A stretch of DNA of 64,000 nt, from NCBI GenBank assembly GCA_047638815.1, contig JBLIMR010000003.1, forward strand, positions 16,988 through 80,987, in the 5' to 3' direction. The notes beneath the pieces were generated by a model. That model made no database searches. It worked only from the letters and a program-made list of their open reading frames with translations, and was not told the origin of the DNA. A program made the position numbers and the translations under genes. The first letter of the stretch is position 1, and each line of letters opens with the position of its first letter. Positions 21,787 to 30,362 of the stretch are shown here, one piece after another. This DNA is from Gammaproteobacteria bacterium (GTDB taxonomy: Bacteria; Bacteroidota; Bacteroidia; Flavobacteriales_D; JABDKJ01).

Positions 21787-22708
21787 ATTTTATCATATCT
21801 GCAAATGGAACAATGGTGGCATATCCTCTTTCCATAAAATAAACCATGTCGTTTCTATGTCCAGTAGCCAACATAAAATCACCACCCCAAGCTCCTAAAT
21901 ATTTAAGGACCCCCCCTTTATAATCAGGGTGATCAGCTTGAGCGGAAGGTCTGCCTAAGACTTTTGACATGATGGTATTATGCTCTTCAATCAGTTTCTC
22001 AAAATCACCAATACTTTCCACCTCAACGATCTTTTCGCTAATATCATTGATGCCTGAAATTTCTGCTTGAAAATTTTCATCTTTCGCTTCAAACTTTTTT
22101 ACTTCAGATGCAGAGTCCTGCTTTCTATTGAGGTATATAAAAAAAATATTCTCTTTAAATGGTGGGTCAAAATGTATCTTCTTCGTCACTCGAATGGGTT
22201 TCAACGCGTAAACGATATTATCTCCCGCTCGAGCTACGGCAATATCATAGCCACTTCCCTTTATGGTATTTTCTAACAAAGCATATGCATCCACTTCTGC
22301 CCACAGTGCTACATTATTTATCAGGGTACTGCTTGAGCCCAATCCCCACTCCTCATCAAACTCAAGGTGCGTGTTAAATTCTACACCCTCTAATCCATAA
22401 AAACATCCAGGATTCATTTTTTTAGCGGCCACTAAAAGACTTTCTATAAATTTCGCCCTATCCTGATCTACTGTTCCTGTAATCTCGAACGTTTCTAAAT
22501 CAAAAGTGGCTGAAAACCAAACCTCTTCCTCTTGGTCAAAACTGACCCAAAGAATGTTCCCTTCATCCGTTGGGATTACCCTTAAATATTGACCAACTTT
22601 TGTTGCCAATGCTACCGCTTTAGCTCCAGACAAAACAAGATACTCACCGGTTAATAATAGTTTTCCGTGACTATAAAATTTTGATATCTTTTTATTCTTT
22701 TCACTCAT
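21785..22708 (-). CDS. GYDIA-family GHMP kinase (candidate phosphomevalonate kinase)
   Basis: GKLLLTGEY, WGLGSSST, GSGYDIA and KYLGAWGGDF. Confidence 0.85.
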   Translation of the reverse strand: MSEKNKKISKFYSHGKLLLTGEYLVLSGAKAVALATKVGQYLRVIPTDEGNILWVSFDQEEEVWFSATFDLETFEITGTVDQDRAKFIESLLVAAKKMNPGCFYGLEGVEFNTHLEFDEEWGLGSSSTLINNVALWAEVDAYALLENTIKGSGYDIAVARAGDNIVYALKPIRVTKKIHFDPPFKENIFFIYLNRKQDSASEVKKFEAKDENFQAEISGINDISEKIVEVESIGDFEKLIEEHNTIMSKVLGRPSAQADHPDYKGGVLKYLGAWGGDFMLATGHRNDMVYFMERGYATIVPFADMIK

Positions 22709-22710
22709 AT

Positions 22711-23316
22711 TTATGCTTCAGGTAGATCACCTTTTTTTGTATCCTGATTATTTTCGGGATTTAGGTATTCTTCTACAAAGTTTACTTGATGCTTCTGTTT
22801 TTCGAATTTTTCCGCGTTGAATTTTTCAGAATCTCCTTTTGGAATTGACAAACTTTTCCAATGATTCCCTTTTATCATTTTGCCTAAGAATACTATCTGC
22901 CCAATATGATATGCATAGTGGGCCAATTGTCGATTACAAGCCTCAACAATAGTGTGTCCCTGGTTTCTAATATAGACCAAGTTATCGAAATTATCTTCAT
23001 TGATAGTGGATAGCGCCTCGAACAAACACGTCCATCCCTCATTCCACTTCTCTAATAATTCTGTTTTATCTTTTATGTCAGCTACGAATTCCTCATCTCT
23101 CTTTCTCCAATCTTTTTCTCCATCTTCATTTAAAAAATTTGTCCAACGTGAAAGCAAATTCCCCCAGAGATGTTTGACAATTATTGCAACTGAATTCTCA
23201 TTAGCGTCCGGCACATAAAAAAAATCCTCATCTGATAATTGAGCAAAGGTTTGGTCACCCAACAACTTGTAGTACTGGAAAGATTGATTAATGCTGTTGA
23301 GATAATTTTTGGTCAT
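22711..23316 (-). CDS. DUF1572 / DinB-superfamily protein
   Basis: NSVAIIVKHLWGNLLSRWTNFL...RDEEF...HYAYHIGQIV. Confidence 0.88.
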   Translation of the reverse strand: MTKNYLNSINQSFQYYKLLGDQTFAQLSDEDFFYVPDANENSVAIIVKHLWGNLLSRWTNFLNEDGEKDWRKRDEEFVADIKDKTELLEKWNEGWTCLFEALSTINEDNFDNLVYIRNQGHTIVEACNRQLAHYAYHIGQIVFLGKMIKGNHWKSLSIPKGDSEKFNAEKFEKQKHQVNFVEEYLNPENNQDTKKGDLPEA

Positions 23317-23481
23317 GTATTGCTGAAAGACATTGAAGGATCAAACCTACCAAAAATTAGTGTCATTTTTTATTGCTGAAATAAATTTGAAGTTTCCATT
23401 TATCAGCCACTCTTAAAAGTATAAATCACATAGCAGATCACAAGTCAGGAACAACTGTATTAAGCTGACAGAATCAAATCG

Positions 23482-24618
23482 CTAATTGAGTATTCTAATT
23501 TCGCCTGAATCTTGATTGTTACGATACTTAATGTTATAAATGTATAAACCCATTGGTAAGATTTGATCATTGGAATCGTGGCCCTTCCAAACATTCGCTC
23601 CATTGGAATCTAGTTGTTTTGCATAAACCAATTGACCACTCTTTGCATTATAAACCTCCAGATTAGCATTCTTGTCGAATGTTAATTCAATGGGTATTTC
23701 CCAAAATACACTCTGTGACTGGGATATAATAATGTCACAGTTCCGTTCTCCAACCTCAACAATAGTTGGATTACTCTTGCATCGATTTCCATCCAGTACC
23801 ATAACGTTATAATTTCCTTTTGCAAGAGTATTAAATTCTCTTTCCAGTTGCGGATAATTATCATCTATCATAAAAGAATAATTTTGAGGGAATTCTTCGT
23901 TTCTAATCTTTATGCGACCATTATTTTTATCTGAGCATGATGGAATTACATCTATATCCAGTGTCACAGAATAGCTATCACAAATGACTTTCTCTTTATG
24001 GGCAGTTTCTTCAGATGTGCCCAGGACACCTTCAAGTGGAGCCAAAACATCGGGCTTTACCGTTAACCGAACCAATTCTGAGAGCGCCTCTTTTTTTATC
24101 ATTTCTGAAATATTTGAAGCATCAATATTCGCCTTAGCCGCTGGCTCAAAAACATTTTCATTCATTCTTCCATCGGTCTTGTTTACTACACTCTGAAATG
24201 AATCAACCTTATCGCTTTTCACAATTAATTTTGCTGTTGACTCTATATCTGTTCTTTGATCTTCAAAAACCTCATCTTTGCTTGTGATTTCTGAATTTGA
24301 TTTAGAATCAAACACATTGTCTTTTGATTCTGAAAGATAAATCCAAGATCCAGCCGAAACTAAAATGACAAGTACAGTTAGTCCACTCCAAAATCCTTTG
24401 AATCCAGAACTTTTCAGATGAATACTTTTCAGTTCCCTTTTAATTGATGCTAATTCCTTATTCCTAATCAGTTGATTTGCCGCTTTATGATTTTGCAAAT
24501 ATTGCTCGAAACCATTTTCAACTAAACGTCTTCTTTCAAATTCCATTAAGGCATCCCCAGAAAGTTTTCCGTCTAGAAAATTCTGTATCAATTCATATGT
24601 TCCCAAACCTTTATTCAT
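23482..24618 (-). CDS. Putative anti-sigma factor: cytoplasmic N-domain, TM helix, linker, SprB-like repeat, type-B T9SS CTD-like C-terminus
   Basis: IQNFLDGKLSG...FE N-terminus; one TM (FWSGLTVLVILVSAGSWIYL); PSCSDKNNGRI...FNTLAKGNYNVMVLDGNRC; C-terminal VYNAKSGQLVY...WKGHD...LPMGLYIY. Overlaps the sigma gene by 8 nt. Confidence 0.7.
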   Translation of the reverse strand: MNKGLGTYELIQNFLDGKLSGDALMEFERRRLVENGFEQYLQNHKAANQLIRNKELASIKRELKSIHLKSSGFKGFWSGLTVLVILVSAGSWIYLSESKDNVFDSKSNSEITSKDEVFEDQRTDIESTAKLIVKSDKVDSFQSVVNKTDGRMNENVFEPAAKANIDASNISEMIKKEALSELVRLTVKPDVLAPLEGVLGTSEETAHKEKVICDSYSVTLDIDVIPSCSDKNNGRIKIRNEEFPQNYSFMIDDNYPQLEREFNTLAKGNYNVMVLDGNRCKSNPTIVEVGERNCDIIISQSQSVFWEIPIELTFDKNANLEVYNAKSGQLVYAKQLDSNGANVWKGHDSNDQILPMGLYIYNIKYRNNQDSGEIRILN

Positions 24619-25189
24619 CGAATAAATAATCTTTTAACCCTTTCTTGTCTTTTACTAAAAGAACCAATCGCTGTTTGCATTTATAGTTCTTGGTTTTAGC
24701 GGCATTGGCATTAGAGAATCCCATGCGAAGCGCTATATCTTCCATGGACATTTTATAAAAAACACTATAAGTTAGTAGCTCCTCACATCTCGCGCCCAGC
24801 TCAGCGAGCAGAGAGGATATTTTCATTTCATTTTCTTCTGATATATCAATTTTTTCAGAAACATCAGGCACTTGATAAGGAAGCTCTCCGCTCTCTCGAT
24901 TAACAAGTTTCACTCTGTTAATCCACATGTTTTTAGCTGATGAAAAAATGAAAGCTGTAACACTTTTAGTTGCATCGAATTTATCATCCAATACATAGTT
25001 GTAAAACGACAAAACTGCATCTTGAAAAACATCCTGAGCATCATCATTGTTTCCACTGTTTTTAATAATCCACCCTGTAACTTTTGGCTGAACAGTTTTG
25101 TACAAAAAATTCAATACCTGGTTTGACTCTGCATTTTTTATCAATGCAATAATCTCCTGATCACTATATGTTTTTTGACGCTTGAACAC
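24611..25189 (-). CDS. ECF-type RNA polymerase sigma-70 factor
   Basis: DAQDVFQDA (region 2) and SMEDIALRMGFSNANAAKTKNYKCKQRL (region 4). Confidence 0.92.
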   Translation of the reverse strand: MFKRQKTYSDQEIIALIKNAESNQVLNFLYKTVQPKVTGWIIKNSGNNDDAQDVFQDAVLSFYNYVLDDKFDATKSVTAFIFSSAKNMWINRVKLVNRESGELPYQVPDVSEKIDISEENEMKISSLLAELGARCEELLTYSVFYKMSMEDIALRMGFSNANAAKTKNYKCKQRLVLLVKDKKGLKDYLFDE

Positions 25190-25191
25190 GA

Positions 25192-27774
25192 CTATCTAAT
25201 AACGGTTATCTTTCGGATTACTTCCGTTTCCTTACACCTCAGAATATATTCTCCCATAGGCAATGTCAGACCGTTTCCATCGGTTCCTTGCCAATATTCT
25301 TGGCTAATCAATTCAGTAACTACAATCCCGTTTCTATCATATACAGTGACATTGCCGCAAGAGAGCTTTACTTGATCATCATATCCATCGTTATTAGGAG
25401 TGATAATATTCGATTCTGGTGTGTTGGCCATAAATTCTATCGGCTTACAAATGGTTATCGAGCAATTATCCGTCAAGTTGAAATTCGTCATGCAAACATT
25501 ATATGCATTTGGAAATGAAAATTGATGGGTGGGGTTCTCCTCAATACTAGAGTTACCATCACCAAAATCCCAAGAATATTCTGTCCCAGTTCCACTACTA
25601 ACAAAACTGTAATAGCTTCCAATATTTACATAACTGAAGTCGGCATCGATCTGACAAGCGCACTCATCACAATCACACTGATCTTCTGAAGGAATTGCAC
25701 AAGAGAATAGTAATCCTGACACAAACTGAGACATAACGATTTGACTTACATGACCAGTAAATATCACTGTCCCAGAAAACCAATAATCAGCCAATGGATA
25801 TTCGCTATTTAATGCATTTGTATCTACCGTTAATTCAATGTCATCAATTACGTATGGTTGATTTAGGTATATCGTCTCAAGTGATACAGCATCTCCCCCA
25901 TTAACGGAAAAAAAAGTTTGATTGCCCCACACGGAACTAATATCATCCCAATTAAAAAATCCGTAAACACCTATCGAAATCTCCTTATGTGTGCTATCAA
26001 AATCCATTTGGTATTCACCCTCATCAAGGTATATTCCTGGTGCATTTGGATCGTTATTATCCTCTGTGTAATCGTTACAATCCGATTCTTCCTCCACAAT
26101 AGGCATCGTACATGAGGATAGTAAACCCCACTCCATTTGATTCAGTGTAATATTACTAATATTTCCCGTTAGAGTTACAGTCCCTGTATTCGTTCCTTCC
26201 CAATAGAGGTAATCGCCAGGTATAGCATTGGTGTCTAATTCAATGACTACATCATTGAAAGTATAAGGTGAATTTAGAACAATGGTCTCTAGTGTCACGT
26301 AATCCCCGTTAATATTAATTGAAGCGTAAGGTAAAAGACCACCTTGCGCATCCGCAATCCAATCCGCAAACACGCCATATACCCCTAAGGATACTTCTTG
26401 GTATGTGCCATCATAATTCAAGGTGTAATCATCCCATAGAAGCCAGATTCCAGGTAAACTTGGATCACTATTCCATTCAGTATAATTTATGCAATCGTCA
26501 AGAAATGTAGGCTCTGTACATGAAAACAATAATCCAGATTCAAATTGCGTCATAATAATTTCCTCAATAGCCCCAGTAAAAGAAATAGTAGCCGAGGTCC
26601 AATCAAAAGAAGATTGAGAAAGATATTCATCATTTAAAGAAGTCAAGTCCATATCAATAAAAAGGTCACCCAACAGCATGGGGACATTTTGTTGAATATA
26701 TTTCAATGACAAGGATTGCCCGTTCTCGAACGTGAAAATAGTTTGATTTTGTTGACCACTAGTAGACCAGTTGTCAAATAGTCCGTATACGCCCATTGCC
26801 ACAGTCTGATAAGATCCATCGAATGGGATTACAACATCTGAACCACCATATATCCCAGGAAAATTGGGGTCGTTATTATCCTCAGTGTAATCCTCACAAT
26901 CTATCAGCAATCCTTGTCCCTCAACACATAAAAACTTAATACCTGATTCTACTTGATGGGTAATAATCAAATCTATTTCCCCTTCAAAAATTATCGTTCC
27001 CGAAATCATATTGTCTGGCACATTATAACTTGCCGGGATTGCAGTTGTATCGATCGTAATTGCAACACCCCCTATCATATATGGTTGGTTTTCATAAATC
27101 GTCCCTAGCCCAATCATTTCACTTCCGTTAACGGAGAAGAAACTTTGATCTACTGACATATCAGTCACTTGATCCTCAAACGATATATAATCGAAATAAC
27201 CAATGCTCACTTCTATCTCTTCACCACTAAAAGCGAATCGATAAGCATTGGTAATTATATATCCCGGAAATCCTGGGTCGTCCCCTTCAAATTGATAATC
27301 ATGGCCGGTTATTTCCTCTAGCGAATCAACACATGAAAAAAGCAATCCAGACTCAAACTGAGTCATCGTAATGTTGTTAATTGCACCTGTAAATTTCACT
27401 GTTCCCGAAGTCCAAATTGATGATGCGTTCGGAAGATATTCATCGTTAATAGAGGTTGTATTTAAGGATACATAAACCCCATTAATAAAGGTCAAAAAAT
27501 CGGTTAATTCTGAAACGGCAATTGGCTCACTGCCGTTAACAGAAAAGAATGTTTGATTCGCCTGAGAATCATTAGACCAACCTTCAAAAAATCCATATAT
27601 ACCAAGCTCTACTTCTTGATTGGTTCCATCATAATCTATGGAGAAGTCACCGCCACCATATATACCTGGGTCATTATCGGTCCCCTCTGTTTCATAGTAG
27701 TTGTTACATTCCTTTGCATTAATAGATAAAATACTGATGGCCAACATTGAAATTATGAACGATATTTTTTTCAT
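25192..27774 (-). CDS. Secreted repeat protein: five ~134-aa repeats, PKD domain, type-B T9SS (gliding-motility-associated) CTD
   Basis: Signal peptide; repeats C..Y.E...DP..PGIY...GVYG...FFSVNG...SGT..FTG....QFESGLLFSC; PKD YSWDFGDG...NPTHQF; CTD NIITPNNDGYDD...VYDRNG...WQG...LPMGEY. Confidence 0.88.
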   Translation of the reverse strand: MKKISFIISMLAISILSINAKECNNYYETEGTDNDPGIYGGGDFSIDYDGTNQEVELGIYGFFEGWSNDSQANQTFFSVNGSEPIAVSELTDFLTFINGVYVSLNTTSINDEYLPNASSIWTSGTVKFTGAINNITMTQFESGLLFSCVDSLEEITGHDYQFEGDDPGFPGYIITNAYRFAFSGEEIEVSIGYFDYISFEDQVTDMSVDQSFFSVNGSEMIGLGTIYENQPYMIGGVAITIDTTAIPASYNVPDNMISGTIIFEGEIDLIITHQVESGIKFLCVEGQGLLIDCEDYTEDNNDPNFPGIYGGSDVVIPFDGSYQTVAMGVYGLFDNWSTSGQQNQTIFTFENGQSLSLKYIQQNVPMLLGDLFIDMDLTSLNDEYLSQSSFDWTSATISFTGAIEEIIMTQFESGLLFSCTEPTFLDDCINYTEWNSDPSLPGIWLLWDDYTLNYDGTYQEVSLGVYGVFADWIADAQGGLLPYASININGDYVTLETIVLNSPYTFNDVVIELDTNAIPGDYLYWEGTNTGTVTLTGNISNITLNQMEWGLLSSCTMPIVEEESDCNDYTEDNNDPNAPGIYLDEGEYQMDFDSTHKEISIGVYGFFNWDDISSVWGNQTFFSVNGGDAVSLETIYLNQPYVIDDIELTVDTNALNSEYPLADYWFSGTVIFTGHVSQIVMSQFVSGLLFSCAIPSEDQCDCDECACQIDADFSYVNIGSYYSFVSSGTGTEYSWDFGDGNSSIEENPTHQFSFPNAYNVCMTNFNLTDNCSITICKPIEFMANTPESNIITPNNDGYDDQVKLSCGNVTVYDRNGIVVTELISQEYWQGTDGNGLTLPMGEYILRCKETEVIRKITVIR
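25699..27708 (-). repeat. Five intragenic ~400-bp domain repeats
   Basis: Protein repeats span aa 23-692. DNA 26051-26082 and 26870-26901 match at 29 of 32 positions. Confidence 0.85.
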
Positions 27775-27802
27775 CTCTTTAAAGTTTTAGTTGTTATCAT
27801 AC

Positions 27803-27832
27803 ATACAATTTCATTTTCAAAATGTAACCCCT
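27803..27832 (-). promoter_or_regulatory. Putative ECF promoter, copy 1 (AGGGGTTAC-N15-TTGTAT)
   Basis: Minus strand AGGGGTTAC attttgaaaatgaaa TTGTAT, 28 nt upstream of the repeat-protein ATG; same boxes and spacing as copy 2. Confidence 0.7.
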
Positions 27833-27838
27833 GCTTCA

Positions 27839-28744
27839 TTAAAAAATGGTGTATTGGCATGTTAATTCAAATGCATTGACATTGGTTCTTGTATTATTAA
27901 GATTGGGTGCAAAATATCCCAACTCAAAATTTAGTCTATTGTTTTTCTTAGCCTTTCTGTCTTCGAAATTTTTTGTAAAACCATTCAGCCCAAGAAAAAA
28001 ATGAGTTCCCTCCTTTGCTTCATAAGATGCTCCAAAATTGACTAAAGACTTTAATGCAAATTTCAGCCCCATACCACCACGAATATCATCCTGATCTCGG
28101 TTAAGATCCGCGTATCTCACAAAAGCTAAAGGTCTAATGACCATACTTGCATTTAGCAAGATGTCATGGCTATAGCGTAAGTTATAAATTGGTTCTAATC
28201 TTATAATTTGTTCCAGTGGTTGAACCTCACCTCCATTAAGTTGATTAACAGAAAAACTTAGATATTGAGAATTACTATATAAGTGCAATCCAACACCAAA
28301 ATCTTCAGTCACAGAATTCGCTCCTCCTGTTACAGGATTCGATTTAATGGTAAAGTTGTACAATCCAACATTCAGTCCTGCTGCCAACATCCACTTCTCT
28401 GATATGGCTAGATGACGACTATAAGACAAAAAAGTTCTGTTCCGCCTGATTACATCTCCCTCCCTATCATTGTTAAAGTGAATCCCTAATACATGAAAGT
28501 TTCTATCTCGTTTTAAAATCCGGCTATTGAAAGAAGCGTAAGATGTTTTTACACCTGAAAAAACACCTGAATTTTGCTTAGTGCCCAGTGAGAACTCAAA
28601 ATCGCCTTCTGAACCAGCTTGTGCAGGATTTATCTGTGGGTTGTTAAAAAACTGTCCGAAATGAATTGGCAGCTCATCTATCTGAGAAAAACCAACATGA
28701 GAGCAAATAAATAAAAGAAGGAATAAGGATAGTCGTTTGGCCAT
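27839..28744 (-). CDS. PorP/SprF family T9SS outer-membrane beta-barrel
   Basis: Signal peptide, FGQFFNNPQINPAQAG N-terminal motif, alternating beta strands, C-terminal NAFELTCQY; adjacent to a type-B CTD gene. Confidence 0.85.
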   Translation of the reverse strand: MAKRLSLFLLLFICSHVGFSQIDELPIHFGQFFNNPQINPAQAGSEGDFEFSLGTKQNSGVFSGVKTSYASFNSRILKRDRNFHVLGIHFNNDREGDVIRRNRTFLSYSRHLAISEKWMLAAGLNVGLYNFTIKSNPVTGGANSVTEDFGVGLHLYSNSQYLSFSVNQLNGGEVQPLEQIIRLEPIYNLRYSHDILLNASMVIRPLAFVRYADLNRDQDDIRGGMGLKFALKSLVNFGASYEAKEGTHFFLGLNGFTKNFEDRKAKKNNRLNFELGYFAPNLNNTRTNVNAFELTCQYTIF

Positions 28745-28765
28745 TAACTGTTATTTACGATGTAA

Positions 28766-28795
28766 ATACAATCGAAAAATATAAAAGTAACCCCT
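28766..28795 (-). promoter_or_regulatory. Putative ECF promoter, copy 2 (AGGGGTTAC-N15-TTGTAT)
   Basis: Minus strand AGGGGTTAC ttttatatttttcga TTGTAT, 21 nt upstream of the porP-like ATG. Confidence 0.7.
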
Positions 28796-28837
28796 TTACT
28801 ATGTTTTTTTGTAAAAAATGATCCTCATTGATGGGAT

Positions 28838-30175
28838 CTAATCTTTTTTTGCTTCTCCTCTCAGTATTTTAAAATAATCTTCCACTGCACTAAAACTAAC
28901 AGTGTTTGTCTTGAAATGCTCAATAATTAATAGTTTCTCATTCTCGCTACACTCCAAGGTATTCATAATATTAAGCAAATGCATCTTCATGTGACCTTTT
29001 TGAATACCGGTTGTTACCAAGGACCGAACGGCACCAAAATTTTGTGCCAGGCCAGAACATGCTACAATTTTCATTAATTCATCTGAGTTGGGATTCCCCA
29101 ATAGATCAAAGGAGAATTTCACCATGGGATGTAATTTTGTTAAACCACCAACAGTTCCCATAGCCATCGGCAAATCAATCCAAAATTTAAATATCCCATT
29201 TTCGACAGAACATTTAGTCAAACTTCTATATTGACCGTCTCTAGCGGCATAAGTATGAGCACAAGCCTCAATGGCTCTGAAATCGTTTCCAGTAGCTATA
29301 ACTACCGCATCGACACCATTCATTATGCCTTTATTATGGGTAGTTGCCCTATATGGCTCAACCGTAGCAATTCTGATGGCTCTTTGAAATTTATTCGCAA
29401 AGTCCTCAGCCGATATGTCTGATTTTGGATCAACCAAGTCTACAACTGGACAAGAAACTTCCGCACGAACGATACAATCGGGCGTGAAATTGGATAATAT
29501 GCTCATGACAACTTCAAATCCCTCTTTATCCGAAGCACCAAAAACAGTCGAATTCTCAATCTCATCTTGCAATGTTTGAGCCAGTTGCTCAAGCACTGAG
29601 TTGATGAAATTCGCACCCATTGCATCTTGGGTGTCAAAGGTTGCTTTTAGCTGAAAATATCCATCTTCATCTGCAGATTTATCGATCAGATCCAGCGTTA
29701 AGAAGCCACCACCTCTTCTGACCATATTTTTAGTCAGGTCCTCGGTTTCTTTAAAGAAGGTTGGTTTTACTTGCTCAAAAAACTCCTTAAGCTTCTCTGT
29801 ATCTCCATTATAAATGAAGTGAACGTGTCCAATTTTTATCTTGGAAATCACCTCAGCCTTGAATCCACCACGGGCCAACCAATATGAGGCGGACTTTGCG
29901 GCAGCAGCCACTACAGAACTCTCTTCTATGGCAAAAGGGACACAATAAAGTTTGTCGTTTATCAAGAAATTAGGCGCGACACCATAGGGAGTGAAGAAAT
30001 TACTCACAGTATTCTCTATGAATTCATCATGTTTTTTCTGCACTACCCCATCATGGTGCCAGTAGCTTCGAAGAAAATCAACAACCTTCTCGTTTCCATC
30101 AAAATACGACTGAATCATCCATTCAATCTTACCTTGCTTCGTTAATTTTGAAAATCCCTTGATCGGTTCTACCAT
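28838..30175 (-). CDS. mvaA: Hydroxymethylglutaryl-CoA reductase (class II)
   Basis: IENTV, EESSVVAA, DAMGANFIN, RATTHNKGIMNG and GIQKGHMKMH. Confidence 0.93.
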   Translation of the reverse strand: MVEPIKGFSKLTKQGKIEWMIQSYFDGNEKVVDFLRSYWHHDGVVQKKHDEFIENTVSNFFTPYGVAPNFLINDKLYCVPFAIEESSVVAAAAKSASYWLARGGFKAEVISKIKIGHVHFIYNGDTEKLKEFFEQVKPTFFKETEDLTKNMVRRGGGFLTLDLIDKSADEDGYFQLKATFDTQDAMGANFINSVLEQLAQTLQDEIENSTVFGASDKEGFEVVMSILSNFTPDCIVRAEVSCPVVDLVDPKSDISAEDFANKFQRAIRIATVEPYRATTHNKGIMNGVDAVVIATGNDFRAIEACAHTYAARDGQYRSLTKCSVENGIFKFWIDLPMAMGTVGGLTKLHPMVKFSFDLLGNPNSDELMKIVACSGLAQNFGAVRSLVTTGIQKGHMKMHLLNIMNTLECSENEKLLIIEHFKTNTVSFSAVEDYFKILRGEAKKD

Positions 30176-30195
30176 ATATCATACTGTTGTTATAG

Positions 30196-30203
30196 CAAAG
30201 CTA
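30196..30203 (-). promoter_or_regulatory. Primary-sigma -7 element for HMG-CoA reductase
   Basis: TAGCTTTG on the minus strand, 20 nt before the ATG. Confidence 0.6.
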
Positions 30204-30362
30204 AGTTATAATCTCTTAATTCCATGCACTGATCAGAACGATTGTTTTATAGAAAACTGATAATTACTGTGTGATTTTTAACAAAAATTAAATTCTGAGT
30301 AGCGGCCCAAGAAATTGCTATTCATTCTTTTACGCAAAAGGATTTAAGCGTAAACTTGCAGC

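Noticed and set aside
25699-27708. Repeats as a CRISPR array or a diversity-generating-retroelement template/variable pair
   Set aside because: They are in-frame protein domains with low DNA identity overall. There are no spacers or adenine-specific differences, and no cas or reverse-transcriptase gene in the window.
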